DNA from: a bacterium
GTDB taxonomy: Bacteria; Zixibacteria; MSB-5A5; GN15; FEB-12
DNA length: 64,000 nt
NCBI GenBank assembly: GCA_043811375.1
Contig: JBDRNJ010000004.1
Span: 104,538 to 168,537, forward strand
Reading direction: 5' to 3'
A program made the translations under genes and the position numbers. The number at the start of each line of letters is the position of its first letter. Position 1 is the first letter of the stretch. Below are positions 9,798 through 20,011 of this stretch, piece by piece. A model generated the notes under the pieces. That model worked only from the letters and a program-made list of their open reading frames with translations, did not search any database and was not told the DNA's origin.

Positions 9798-11161
9798 GCC
9801 AGCACCAGTTCCAGCGCTGACTGGATGTCCGTGACCGGCGTCAACTCAATCGGTCTTTCGCCGATCTGAGACAGGTTGGCCTGCGGCAGAACCATGGTCT
9901 CAAACCCCATTTTGACGGCTTCCTTGAGGCGTTGGTCGATCATGGTAACGCCGCGCACCTCGCCGGACAGACCGACCTCACCAACCACAATAGTGCGGAA
10001 ATCGACTGCCCGGTTCAACAGCGATGAAGCAATCGCCATCATTACCGGCAGGTCCAGCGACGGTTCCGAGAGCCTCAGTCCTCCCGCCACCGAGACAAAA
10101 ACGTCGTGAGTCGACATCGAATGACCGCAACGCTTTTCCAATATGGCCAGCAGCAGCGACAGGCGGCGGTGGTCGATACCCCCGGCCACCCGCTGGGGGT
10201 TGCCGCCGTAGCCGGCCGGCGCTACCAACGCCTGCGTTTCCACTAAAATGGTGCGGCTGCCTTCGCTGATAGCAGTCACCACCGATCCGGTTCGCGGCTG
10301 ATTCTGATGGTCCGCCAGAAAAAAGGACGAGGCATTGGCCACTTCCGAAAGTCCCCCGGGAAGCATCTCAAACAGGCCGACTTCACTGACTGAGCCAAAT
10401 CGATTCTTGGCCGCCCGCAACACCCGATACAGGTGGGTGCTGTCACCTTCAAAGTATATGACCGTGTCGACCATGTGTTCCAGCAGTTTGGGACCGGCCA
10501 CCATACCGTCTTTGGTGACGTGACCGACCAGGCACAGAGCCACATTCTGCGAGTGGGCCAGGCTCGTCAATCGGGCGGCAGCCTGACGGACCTGGGCTAC
10601 CGTCCCCGGCGGTGAGTCCAACTGGTCGGAGGCCATCGTCTGGATGGAGTCTATGAAAACAATCTCCGGCCTGTCGGAGCCAAGCATCGCCGTCACTTCC
10701 TCCAGCGAACTGGAGTTAACGATCATGATCTCCCCGCCGTCAATATCCAGGCGTTCAGCCCGCAGTTTAATCTGCTGCAACGACTCCTCACCGCTGATAT
10801 AGGCCACCGAGATACCCTGCTCGGAATATGCCGCAGCCACCTGCAGCAATAACGTTGATTTGCCGATCCCCGGTTCGCCTCCCAACAGGACGGTCATTCC
10901 GGGAAGAAACCGACCACCCAGCACACGGTCGAACTCGGCTATTCCGCAGGTGTAACCCGATGTCTGCTCCAGGCTGATCTGCGCTAATTTCATTTTTTCG
11001 ACTGGTGCAACTCCGGCAGAACTTTTACCGGCCGCAGGTACTTTTTCTTCCACCAGACAGTTCCACTGGGCGCAACCGCGACACTGCCCCTGCCACTTGG
11101 CGTGCTGAGTCCCGCAGTGGGAACAGAAGAAAGCCGTTTTGGTTTTTTTGCCGGTAATCAT
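9794..11161 (-). CDS. radA: DNA repair protein RadA/Sms
   Basis: C4 zinc finger, GGEPGIGKST, KNRFG. Confidence 0.97.
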   Translation of the reverse strand: MITGKKTKTAFFCSHCGTQHAKWQGQCRGCAQWNCLVEEKVPAAGKSSAGVAPVEKMKLAQISLEQTSGYTCGIAEFDRVLGGRFLPGMTVLLGGEPGIGKSTLLLQVAAAYSEQGISVAYISGEESLQQIKLRAERLDIDGGEIMIVNSSSLEEVTAMLGSDRPEIVFIDSIQTMASDQLDSPPGTVAQVRQAAARLTSLAHSQNVALCLVGHVTKDGMVAGPKLLEHMVDTVIYFEGDSTHLYRVLRAAKNRFGSVSEVGLFEMLPGGLSEVANASSFFLADHQNQPRTGSVVTAISEGSRTILVETQALVAPAGYGGNPQRVAGGIDHRRLSLLLAILEKRCGHSMSTHDVFVSVAGGLRLSEPSLDLPVMMAIASSLLNRAVDFRTIVVGEVGLSGEVRGVTMIDQRLKEAVKMGFETMVLPQANLSQIGERPIELTPVTDIQSALELVLA

Positions 11162-11922
11162 CTGACCTGGATAGGGCCGATAGAACTGCCGCTGATGAAC
11201 TGCCGGACAACTTCGTTGTCGCTGTCCCTGATTTCCTCGGGGCTGCCGTCAAACTCCACTCGCCCCCGGTAGAGCACGATGATACGGGATGCTATTCGGT
11301 AAGCCGATTTCATATCGTGGGTAACGGCTATTGAGGTCACGTTGAGCTGTTGATTGAGGTCAACTATCAGGCCATTGATCATGTCGGCGGTTACCGGATC
11401 CAGACCGGTGGTTGGTTCGTCATAAAGGAGCATTTCCGGATCATCAGCTATGGCGCGGGCCAGGCCGACTCGTTTGCGCATCCCGCCGGAAAGCTCAGCC
11501 GGATTCTTGTCCGCGGCGTCGGTCAGAGCAACCATCTTGAGTTTCTCGCGCACGATTTCAGCTACCTGGTCATTGGAGTAGAGTCGGGACTCGGTCAGCC
11601 CCAGACCGACATTCTCAGCAACAGTGAGAGAGTCAAACAACGCCGCCGATTGAAACAGCATACCCACCCGTCTTCGGACCGCCGTAATGTCTCTGGTATT
11701 GAGCCGGGAGAGGTCCTGCCCATCAAAAAGAACGCGCCCGCTGTCCGGTTGCAGTAAGCGAATAACGTGTTTCAGCAGCACCGACTTGCCGCACCCGGAC
11801 TGCCCGATTACCACGATTGACTCACCACGGTCGACAGTCACTGAAACCCCCCGCAGGACTTCCAGAGACTGAAAGCTCTTGTGCAAATCCTCGGTTTTTA
11901 CCAGCGGCAATTCCACGATCAT
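11158..11922 (-). CDS. mlaF: MlaF-like ABC transporter ATPase
   Basis: GQSGCGKS, LSGGMRKRVGLARA, DEPTTGLDP; adjacent to MlaE. Confidence 0.85.
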   Translation of the reverse strand: MIVELPLVKTEDLHKSFQSLEVLRGVSVTVDRGESIVVIGQSGCGKSVLLKHVIRLLQPDSGRVLFDGQDLSRLNTRDITAVRRRVGMLFQSAALFDSLTVAENVGLGLTESRLYSNDQVAEIVREKLKMVALTDAADKNPAELSGGMRKRVGLARAIADDPEMLLYDEPTTGLDPVTADMINGLIVDLNQQLNVTSIAVTHDMKSAYRIASRIIVLYRGRVEFDGSPEEIRDSDNEVVRQFISGSSIGPIQVR

Positions 11923-12698
11923 ATCCTGAACAGCAAGACGGCAAAGATGAAATTGAACACCAGGATCAGTACCGATGAGATAACCACCGATGTGGTGGTC
12001 GCCTGTCCCACTCCCTGGGCTCCCCCACGGGCATTAAATCCCTCGTAGCAACCCACGACACCGATAGTGAGTCCGAAAACAGCCGCTTTGATTAAACCAT
12101 CGACAAAATCACCAAGCTTGAAGGAGTCGCGAAAGCCGTTGAGGAAAGTTTCCGATGATACGTCGACACCTATAATAGATACCACCAACGCCCCCATGAT
12201 AGCCACGAAATTGGCAAATATGACCAGGAAAGGCACCATGATAAGACAGGCCAGCACCCGCGGCATGACCAGGTAACGGATGGGGTTGATACCCATCGAT
12301 TCCAGGGCGTCAATCTGTTCGGTAACGCGCATCGTCCCCAGCTCGGCCGCCACCCCGGCACCGACCCGCCCGGCAAACACAATCGCCGACAGCACCGGCG
12401 CCAGTTCGATGACCACCGCTTTGCCCACCGCCTGGCCGAGGTAGCGCAGCGGCGCCCCGATAAACTTGAACTGATAAGCCGCCTGCCAGGCCGAAACGGC
12501 TCCCACAAAGATGGAGATGATGATTATCAGGGGTAGTGATCGAACACCCAGAGCGTAAAGTTGCTCAAAGATCAGACGCCATGATCGGGGAACATCCCTG
12601 AGTGATACCAGGAACCTGCCCAGCATAATAGAAAGGCCGCCCAGTCGGGTGACAAACCCAACACCACGGCGACCGATGACCTGTAGTCCGTAATCCAT
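11919..12698 (-). CDS. mlaE: MlaE-family ABC permease
   Basis: AELGTMRVTEQIDAL, GGAQGVGQATT. Confidence 0.9.
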   Translation of the reverse strand: MDYGLQVIGRRGVGFVTRLGGLSIMLGRFLVSLRDVPRSWRLIFEQLYALGVRSLPLIIIISIFVGAVSAWQAAYQFKFIGAPLRYLGQAVGKAVVIELAPVLSAIVFAGRVGAGVAAELGTMRVTEQIDALESMGINPIRYLVMPRVLACLIMVPFLVIFANFVAIMGALVVSIIGVDVSSETFLNGFRDSFKLGDFVDGLIKAAVFGLTIGVVGCYEGFNARGGAQGVGQATTTSVVISSVLILVFNFIFAVLLFRI

Positions 12699-12706
12699 GC
12701 TCTTAC

Positions 12707-14143
12707 CTAAAAGGGCATATCCCCGCCCTCGACCGGCTCCACTCCCGCCGGTATCTCCCTGTATCCTGACGGAGCCATGTTCTCAAACCGCGCAAACTCC
12801 CTTAGGAAAGTGAGAATGACCATTCCGGTGGGACCGTTGCGCTGTTTGGCCATGATGATCTCTGCTTTTCTCTCGACCTCCTTAAACTTCGGGTCGTTTC
12901 TCTCTAAATGCAACATATAGTGTTCCGGCCGGTAGATAAACATGACCACGTCGGCATCCTGCTCAATAGCGCCTGATTCCCGCAAGTCAGACAACTGGGG
13001 ACGTTTTTCACCGCCACGCTGCTCCACCTGGCGCGAAAGCTGCGAGCATCCGATGACCGGTATTTCCAGTTCTTTGGCCAGCGCCTTGAGATTACGCGAG
13101 ATGCCGGCCATCTCCTGCTGTCGGTTTTCATACCGCCCGGAAGCGCTGACCATCTGGATATAGTCCACAATTATGAGATCAAGACCGTGTTGTGCTTTCA
13201 GTCTTCTGGCCTTGGCTCTTATCTCCAGCGACGTCAGAATGGCCGAATCATCAATGAATATGGGCGCTTCAGACAATGGCCCCCCGGCGATAGTAAGCTT
13301 CTGCCATTCTTCGTCTCGGAGCTTTCGAGCTCGCAACCGCTGTTGTGAAATCCGGGCGCGTCCGCACAACATCCGCAGCGCCAACTGCTCCATCGACATC
13401 TCTAAAGAAAAAATGCCGACCACTTTCTTCCCTATCACTCCAACATGTTCCGCAATGTTGACCGCCAGGGCTGATTTTCCCATTGACGGTCGACCGGCGA
13501 TAATGACGAAATCACCCTTGTGAAGGCCATTTGTCATCTCATCCAGTTTCTCAAAACCGGTCTTGACACCCAGCAGAGAGCTATCCTCTGACTGCAGGTC
13601 TTCGATCTCTTCAAAAGTTGATGGGATCAGTTCCTTTATAGATGTGAATCCCTTGTGGAGACGTTGCTCGGAGATTGAGAATATGTGCTGCTCGGCATGG
13701 TCGAGAAGGCTCTCCACTGTCTCGTCGGTAGAGTAGCAACTTCTGACAATCTCGTTGGAAGTCTGGATCAAACGCCTCAGCAGGTATTTCTCCTTAACAA
13801 TCTCTGCATGTCTCGGAGTATTCGCGGTAGAGGCAACGTTCTCAACCAACTCGACCAGATGCACACGGCCGCCGGCCTGCTCAAGGTTGCCCGAATCCAA
13901 CAAAGCATTGGTAACTGTCGTTATATCGCATGGTTCCGATCGTTGGTAGAGCTTCAGTATCGCCCCATAGATCAGCCTGTGCTTAGGGTGGTAGAACGCC
14001 GCTTCATCATCGAGAACCTCTATTGTCTGGTGAAGCGCCTCGGCGTCCTTGAGGATTGATCCGATGACATCACGTTCAACATCTATAGACTGCGGTTCTC
14101 TACTGTGTTCGTCCGTTCGTTCTCTTGTTGTCTTGTAGGTCAT
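12707..14143 (-). CDS. dnaB: replicative DNA helicase
   Basis: GRPSMGKS, VDYIQ, DLRESGAIEQDAD, KQRNGP; no intein. Confidence 0.97.
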   Translation of the reverse strand: MTYKTTRERTDEHSREPQSIDVERDVIGSILKDAEALHQTIEVLDDEAAFYHPKHRLIYGAILKLYQRSEPCDITTVTNALLDSGNLEQAGGRVHLVELVENVASTANTPRHAEIVKEKYLLRRLIQTSNEIVRSCYSTDETVESLLDHAEQHIFSISEQRLHKGFTSIKELIPSTFEEIEDLQSEDSSLLGVKTGFEKLDEMTNGLHKGDFVIIAGRPSMGKSALAVNIAEHVGVIGKKVVGIFSLEMSMEQLALRMLCGRARISQQRLRARKLRDEEWQKLTIAGGPLSEAPIFIDDSAILTSLEIRAKARRLKAQHGLDLIIVDYIQMVSASGRYENRQQEMAGISRNLKALAKELEIPVIGCSQLSRQVEQRGGEKRPQLSDLRESGAIEQDADVVMFIYRPEHYMLHLERNDPKFKEVERKAEIIMAKQRNGPTGMVILTFLREFARFENMAPSGYREIPAGVEPVEGGDMPF

Positions 14144-14165
14144 AGTGCTTCCGTTAATTACCGGG

Positions 14166-14936
14166 TCAAGGCGAAGCGACAAACTTGTCGTATCGCTTTT
14201 TCAGCTTCTGCATGTCGGCCCAGGTGTCTTTCTTGTAGGCCGGGAAGCGCAGCAGCGCCGCCGGGTGATAAGTAACCATCATCGGCACGCCTTCAAACTC
14301 ATGCCATTGCCCGCGCATTTTACCCAACGGTGAACTGGTCTGAAGCAATATCTGGGCGGCGATCCGTCCCAGGGCACAGATAAGCTTTGGTTTTATCAGC
14401 GCTATCTGTTCCAGCAGGTGAGGCAGGCAGTTGGCGGCTTCATCAGGCTGGGGATCGCGGTTATTGGGCGGGCGGCATTTGAGGATGTTGGCGATATAGA
14501 TTTCCTGTCGCGACAGCTTGATCGCCTCCAGGATACGGTCCAGCAGCTTCCCGGCCCGGCCGACAAACGGTTCGCCCTGGAGGTCCTCATCACGTCCCGG
14601 CGCTTCGCCGATAAACATCAGGTCGGCGGCGGTATTACCCACTCCGTAAACGAAATTGGTGCGCGTCTCCGCCAGCGAACAGAGCCGGCAGTCGCGGATA
14701 GCCTGAAAATGGGCATCGACAGAATCGTACTGGGCCATTCGCTGCACGTTCTCATCGGTCTCGAACAGGTCCGCTGTTGACGTTGTTTTTCTCACACAAG
14801 TCTCCATCTCGTCAGCCAACGTTACCTCTGAAGGCGGCCGGTCACCATCAACAATCATCTCCCCCATGCCCAATTCAACCTGGGCGGTAAGAGCCCGACG
14901 CAGCATTTCATGTAGACTGACAGGTATCTCTTCCAT
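14166..14936 (-). CDS. family 4 uracil-DNA glycosylase
   Basis: [28 protein letters not shown]. Confidence 0.93.
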   Translation of the reverse strand: MEEIPVSLHEMLRRALTAQVELGMGEMIVDGDRPPSEVTLADEMETCVRKTTSTADLFETDENVQRMAQYDSVDAHFQAIRDCRLCSLAETRTNFVYGVGNTAADLMFIGEAPGRDEDLQGEPFVGRAGKLLDRILEAIKLSRQEIYIANILKCRPPNNRDPQPDEAANCLPHLLEQIALIKPKLICALGRIAAQILLQTSSPLGKMRGQWHEFEGVPMMVTYHPAALLRFPAYKKDTWADMQKLKKRYDKFVASP

Positions 14937-14964
14937 GACATCCAACCCGGCCTGAAGCTCCAAG

Positions 14965-16167
14965 CTACAGCATAGGGGCGATCTTTTCAAGCAGTTTGAC
15001 CGCAATTCTGTTCTTGCTCATCAGCGGCCAGGCATCGGGGCTTTTCCCGGGTATCAGGACAGTCACCCGGTTGGTTGGTGATTCAAAGCCGGTGACTTTG
15101 CCGGGGCGGTTCAGGACCAGCAGGTCCAGTTGTTTATCTTTGAGCTTCCGGCGGGCATTAGCCAGAGCATTCTCGGTTTCAAGGGCAAACCCGACGACGA
15201 CTTGAGATGACTGCCTGCCGGAGGCAACTTCCTGCAAAATATCAACGGTCGGCCGCATTGACAGTCGGCCATCCCAGTTGGATTTCTTGCGCTTTTGCGG
15301 AGCCACCTTGGTGGGAGCAAAGTCGGCCGGAACCGCCGCCATGAGAAGGCAGTCGGCCTGCTTGAAAGCCCGCTTGACGGCGGTCCGCAACTGGGCGGCA
15401 GACTCAATGCCTATATAACCGACACCGGCCGGCGGTTGAAGACTGGATGGGCCTGCAATCAGCGTTGTTTCAGCGCCAAGCAGCACCGCCGCCTGGGCCA
15501 GGGCAAAACCCATTCGACCGGAAGAGAAATTGGACAGATAACGCACCGGGTCCAGCCGTTCGCGGGTCGGACCGGCCGTAACCAGTATCTTCTTGCCGGC
15601 CAGAAACCGTTCACCCGCGACGCCACCGAGAAGGCCATCGATACCGTCGAATATCTGCTGGGGTTCGGCCATCCGACCGACTCCCGACTGCTCACAAGCC
15701 ATCTCGCCCTCGCCCGGCCCGACAAAGAAAAAACCATGTTTCTGCAGAGTAGCGCAATTCCTCTGTGTGATCCTGTTCCCCCACATGCGCGGGTTCATAG
15801 CCGGAGCCACCAGTACCGTCGACGGGCCGGCCAGAATGATTGCGGTCAGCAGATCATCGGCAATACCGGCGGCCGCTTTGCCGAGAAAATTGGCCGTGGC
15901 CGGAGCGACCACCATCAGGTCGGCCCACTCGGCCAAATCAATGTGTTGGGGTCCCACGTATTGATTGTCAGGAAACATTTCTACTGCAACCGGATTACCG
16001 GAGATCGTTTCCAATGTGAGCGGTGTTACAAACCTGCCGGCAGCGCGGGTCATCACAACCCTGGTATCAGCCCGCTCTCTGCGCAGCAACCTGATAAGGC
16101 TGACGACCTTATAGCAGGCGATGCCGCCGGTAAGGCCGATCAGTATCTTCTTGCCTTGGAGGGACAT
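14965..16167 (-). CDS. coaBC: phosphopantothenoylcysteine decarboxylase/synthetase
   Basis: TGGIACYK, APAMN, TAGPTRE.LDPVRYLSNFSSGRMG, GFALET. Confidence 0.96.
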   Translation of the reverse strand: MSLQGKKILIGLTGGIACYKVVSLIRLLRRERADTRVVMTRAAGRFVTPLTLETISGNPVAVEMFPDNQYVGPQHIDLAEWADLMVVAPATANFLGKAAAGIADDLLTAIILAGPSTVLVAPAMNPRMWGNRITQRNCATLQKHGFFFVGPGEGEMACEQSGVGRMAEPQQIFDGIDGLLGGVAGERFLAGKKILVTAGPTRERLDPVRYLSNFSSGRMGFALAQAAVLLGAETTLIAGPSSLQPPAGVGYIGIESAAQLRTAVKRAFKQADCLLMAAVPADFAPTKVAPQKRKKSNWDGRLSMRPTVDILQEVASGRQSSQVVVGFALETENALANARRKLKDKQLDLLVLNRPGKVTGFESPTNRVTVLIPGKSPDAWPLMSKNRIAVKLLEKIAPML

Positions 16168-16173
16168 GCTGTA

Positions 16174-16659
16174 TCAGTTTACAGAGACGGCGCCGTCCTC
16201 GCCCGGCTCCAGCAGCATCTGGGCTTCAAGCTCATCCACATCGGAAAAAACCACCGATGAAGCCAGCGAACTGACCTCCTCGAGAACTGCCGGTCTGCTG
16301 TCCGCAGAGGAGAGACGGTCCATAATGATCTCAAACTGCTCATGGCTGAGCACTCGGGCATTGATCAATTTGAGGAGGAACCCGTGAGACTCGATAGTCA
16401 GCCGATTGCGTTCGGACTGGGTCAGAATGCGGTGAGAAACGTCGGTGGCAGGGAATTCTGAAAAGAAGCGCTGGGGAGTATTCTCAAACCGTCGCATTAA
16501 CCAGGAATAAGCCGACGATATCTCATCATCGGAATAACCGCGGGCTTCCAGTGTCGCCCAGAGGTCATCCGTCTCTGAGAGTCGGGAGGCATCTCCCTGA
16601 ATGTGCTCAATTAGAAAAACAACTATCTCAAGAACTCGATTGCGCATTATCCCAACCAT
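16174..16659 (-). CDS. DUF494/Smg-like protein
   Basis: GYSDDEISSAYSWL, HRILT.SE, GFLLKL. Confidence 0.75.
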   Translation of the reverse strand: MVGIMRNRVLEIVVFLIEHIQGDASRLSETDDLWATLEARGYSDDEISSAYSWLMRRFENTPQRFFSEFPATDVSHRILTQSERNRLTIESHGFLLKLINARVLSHEQFEIIMDRLSSADSRPAVLEEVSSLASSVVFSDVDELEAQMLLEPGEDGAVSVN

Positions 16660-16829
16660 TCAAACAGCTTATTTAGCAAGATATACACTGCCGCCGTTTA
16701 AGGCAAGGACAATCAGGGCGCAGGCCAAAAAAACCGGACCTGCGGCCAGTACTTCCGACCGGCGGGGCCTTACCGGTAATTGTTATCAAGACACTAATAA
16801 GCCAAAGCTGGTCCCCCCTTTTCTATGTG

Positions 16830-17008
16830 GCGTCAGGTGACCCTGCCTGACGCATTTTTCATATGGGGACTGCACATAGCGAATTAAAGCTGTCGGGCAG
16901 AGTCACCCGACAGCACTGTAGACCGAAAACCCCCTGCCTGTCCTGAGCTTGTCGAAGGGTGCGCCGCGTAAATCGACGGGTGGCAACCACAAACTTGTTT
17001 GGGGTTGA
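16830..17008. repeat. REP-like palindrome mosaic, copy 3
   Basis: Hairpins CGTCAGG..CCTGACG and TGTCGGG..CCCGACA; CCTGAGCTTGTCGAAGGG variant of the 283/4823 module; 31-bp exact inverted copy of 4746-4776. Confidence 0.7.
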
Positions 17009-17023
17009 GACTTGCCAAATCTA

Positions 17024-17052
17024 TTGACTCCCAGGCCCGTTTTCGGTATATT
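17024..17052 (+). promoter_or_regulatory. sigma70-type promoter of the surface-protein cluster
   Basis: TTGACT-17 nt-TATATT. Confidence 0.6.
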
Positions 17053-17077
17053 GAGATGGTAGGGTATATGAAATGAA

Positions 17078-17242
17078 ATGGCTGGTTTCATGAGAGTTTT
17101 GGTTTTTAGCTGTGCTTGTATTCTTAGCGTTGTCACGGTAAATGCCGCCACAATTCACGTCCCTGCCGATCAACCGACGATTCAGGCGGGTATTGATGTG
17201 GGGGGAAACCCTGGAAAGCGAAACAAAATGTGTAGAGTCTGA
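17078..17242 (+). pseudogene. truncated 5' fragment of a beta-helix surface-protein gene
   Basis: Signal peptide + ATIHVPADQPTIQAGID (paralogous to 20012 gene N-terminus), then unrelated sequence and TGA overlapping the next ATG. Confidence 0.75.
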
Positions 17243-19548
17243 TGAAAATACTGAGCAAAAGATTCCTCTCAGTGCTTTTCTATATTGTTCTTTATGTCCT
17301 CTGCGGCTCAGCCTGCGCTGCCCAGGAGATCGTCTGGACGAATTCGTTTGGGCGTGCGGGACAGGAGATAATATGGTGGGACAGGACTGTTCGACAAACA
17401 ACTGACCACGGCCTTGTCATAGGTGCACTTACCGAAGAATTGCCCTCTGGTCCAAATGACATTTGGTTGGTGAAAACTGACTCCCTCGGAGACACGCTCT
17501 GGACTCGTTGCTTTGGCGTCAGCGGCGAGGAGGATGCTGCATATGGCATTGCTACCACCTATGATGGCGGATTTGTCATCACTGGTCGGAGCGCGTTATT
17601 TGGAAGCCCTTATCTTCTAAAAACAGACTCGCTGGGCAACACGGAGTGGAGTAGCTCTTTCTCCGGGTACGTGAGCTGGTCGGTGCAGCAGACGTCCGAT
17701 AGTGGGTACATACTGACGGGATGCACTTCAAGCTCGGGTCAGGGTAATGTTTTCCTCACCAAGACTGATTCTGGCGGTAATCTGCAATGGTCAAGGACTT
17801 ATGGTGGACAAGACCATGATGCCGGATATGCTGTAGAGGGAACATCTGACCGTGGCTACATAGTTGTGGGCTTAACTCAATCATTTGGCAATCACATTTG
17901 GATTATCAAGACCGATTCATTGGGAGACAGTGTTTGGACCACTACTATCGGAGTTGGGAGTGGTGGTGGGTTCTCAGTATGTGAGGTTGCTGGGCGACCG
18001 GGTTACTACGTTACCGGGGAGACCGGTGGTCAGGGAATTGTGGCACGACTCGACTATGACGGCAATGTAGAATGGACATGGACATTCGGGGGAGCATTTA
18101 GCGGTCAAGGAAACTCAATACTTTCCACGCTCGACGGTGGTGCAATCTTGACTGGTATCCACCGGTTGCACGCGGACACATTTGATGTGTATGTAGCCCG
18201 TTTACGCAGTACTGGCGACACCGTATGGTCAGCACGTATTAATGAGGAGGCTTACCAACTTGCCTACTCCATAGAAAGAACATCACCCACTGAGTGCGTT
18301 GTTGCTGGCGTTGTCGACCCATTGTCTGGCAACAGGCAAGACGTCCTTTTGGTCAAAGTGAGGGACAGGTGCCCAATTGTTGACCGCATTGCATTTGACA
18401 GTGACATGTCCTACTACAATCTGACTAATCACAATCCAGTAATCTCGTGGCACTTTCTCGACATAGACCTGTATCCACAAGACAGCTTTGAGATTGACGT
18501 GGGAACGGACACGAATTGGACGGTCAGTGAGACGTGGGACCCCTCACCTTTTGCTGTCTCAGACACTTCAGTAGTCTATTCCGGACTTCCGCTACTCGAC
18601 GGAGAAACATACTATCTGAGGTTGAGGGTACGGAATGGGTTTTTCTGGTCTGAGTGGTACGAGACATCCTTCCGCATGAACTCCATCCCCTCCGTCCCTG
18701 CCCCACTGAACCCCATCGATGACGTCATCGTCGGCACAACACCCACCCTCTGGGCCGAGAACTCCGCCGATGCCGAGGGTGACGCTTTGATATACGACTT
18801 CCTTGTGGATGTAGATACGCTGTATGGAGAACCTGATCCGGTCTTGGGCTATGGTATCCCGGAAGGTGAAGATTCGACCGGATGGCAGGTAACAGAGACG
18901 CTGGACGAAAACAAGCGTTACGTGTGGATTGTGCGCGCATTCGACAGCTACGAGTACTCCGACTGGACAGGAGGCTATGAGTACACCTTCTTCGTCAACG
19001 GCACCCCGGAACCACCGACCGCTCCACAAGCCCAATTCCCACCGGACACTGGCGGAACACCGGTCTGGGACATGCTGACATATTTCTACTGGGCGCCGTC
19101 TACCGATCCCGACCCGCTGGACACGGTCAGGTACAAGCTGGAGATAGCGGTTGATTCGACATTTATATTTGTCAACACCATCGACTCAATCGAATCCGTG
19201 CCCTTCACACTCGACGATTCGCTTTCGTTCGGCACTCGTTACTGGTGGCGCGTGACGGCCTTCGATAAAACCGGCCTATCCACGCTATCACCGAACACAC
19301 CTGACTTCTGGACCTGGACGCTCGGTGACGTGGACCATTCGCATGACGTTTCAGTTGGCGACCTGACATACCTGGTAGCGTTCCTGTTCCAGGGTGGACA
19401 AGCGATCTACCCGCTTTTCATCGGCGATGTCGACGGTAGCTGCACGGTTGATGTGGGTGATCTCACCTACCTGGTGGCGTACCTGTTCCAATCCGGCCCG
19501 GCGCCGAAGGTGGGGTGTGTGCCGGGTAGGTCTGACAGTAATATATAA
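17242..19548 (+). CDS. secreted protein: beta-propeller-like repeats, Fn3/Ig-like domains, C-terminal dockerin-like pair
   Basis: Signal peptide; repeated KTDSLGDTLW units; GDVD...GDLTYLVAFLFQGG twice. Confidence 0.8.
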   Translation: MKILSKRFLSVLFYIVLYVLCGSACAAQEIVWTNSFGRAGQEIIWWDRTVRQTTDHGLVIGALTEELPSGPNDIWLVKTDSLGDTLWTRCFGVSGEEDAAYGIATTYDGGFVITGRSALFGSPYLLKTDSLGNTEWSSSFSGYVSWSVQQTSDSGYILTGCTSSSGQGNVFLTKTDSGGNLQWSRTYGGQDHDAGYAVEGTSDRGYIVVGLTQSFGNHIWIIKTDSLGDSVWTTTIGVGSGGGFSVCEVAGRPGYYVTGETGGQGIVARLDYDGNVEWTWTFGGAFSGQGNSILSTLDGGAILTGIHRLHADTFDVYVARLRSTGDTVWSARINEEAYQLAYSIERTSPTECVVAGVVDPLSGNRQDVLLVKVRDRCPIVDRIAFDSDMSYYNLTNHNPVISWHFLDIDLYPQDSFEIDVGTDTNWTVSETWDPSPFAVSDTSVVYSGLPLLDGETYYLRLRVRNGFFWSEWYETSFRMNSIPSVPAPLNPIDDVIVGTTPTLWAENSADAEGDALIYDFLVDVDTLYGEPDPVLGYGIPEGEDSTGWQVTETLDENKRYVWIVRAFDSYEYSDWTGGYEYTFFVNGTPEPPTAPQAQFPPDTGGTPVWDMLTYFYWAPSTDPDPLDTVRYKLEIAVDSTFIFVNTIDSIESVPFTLDDSLSFGTRYWWRVTAFDKTGLSTLSPNTPDFWTWTLGDVDHSHDVSVGDLTYLVAFLFQGGQAIYPLFIGDVDGSCTVDVGDLTYLVAYLFQSGPAPKVGCVPGRSDSNI

Positions 19549-19590
19549 TAGGGTAATGGGTATTGGGCTTAATGTGGAGGGAACGTCGGA

Positions 19591-19941
19591 ATGAAGTTCA
19601 AGGATACCGTTGAAGGCGACCTGGTTATTGTTAACCTGTACGGCAAGATTCTCGGTGGAGAGGAGACTGCCGTATGCCATAGCCGAGTACACGAGCATCT
19701 CAATTCAGGCAGGAAGCACTTCGTGATGGATATGGGGAACGTAGAGTGGACAAACTCGCAAGGTCTCGGTATGTTGATAGGGTGCTACGTTTCTGTCAAG
19801 AAGGCAGGAGGTCGAGTGGTTCTGGCAAGGATGGACAATGTTAAGAAGTTGCTGACCATGACGCGCCTTATACAAGTATTTGACTGCTACGACAGCGTGG
19901 AGGAGGCCAAACAGGCGCTGATCGATGAGTCAGCCAATTGA
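19591..19941 (+). CDS. STAS-domain anti-sigma factor antagonist
   Basis: DMGNVEWTNSQGLGML; SD GGAGG; flanked by 26-bp direct repeats. Confidence 0.88.
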   Translation: MKFKDTVEGDLVIVNLYGKILGGEETAVCHSRVHEHLNSGRKHFVMDMGNVEWTNSQGLGMLIGCYVSVKKAGGRVVLARMDNVKKLLTMTRLIQVFDCYDSVEEAKQALIDESAN

Positions 19942-20011
19942 GCGAGGACTGCCCGGCCCCGAAGGTGGGGTGTGTGAGTGACAGTCAGTGAAACACATAG
20001 ACAAAGGTAGT

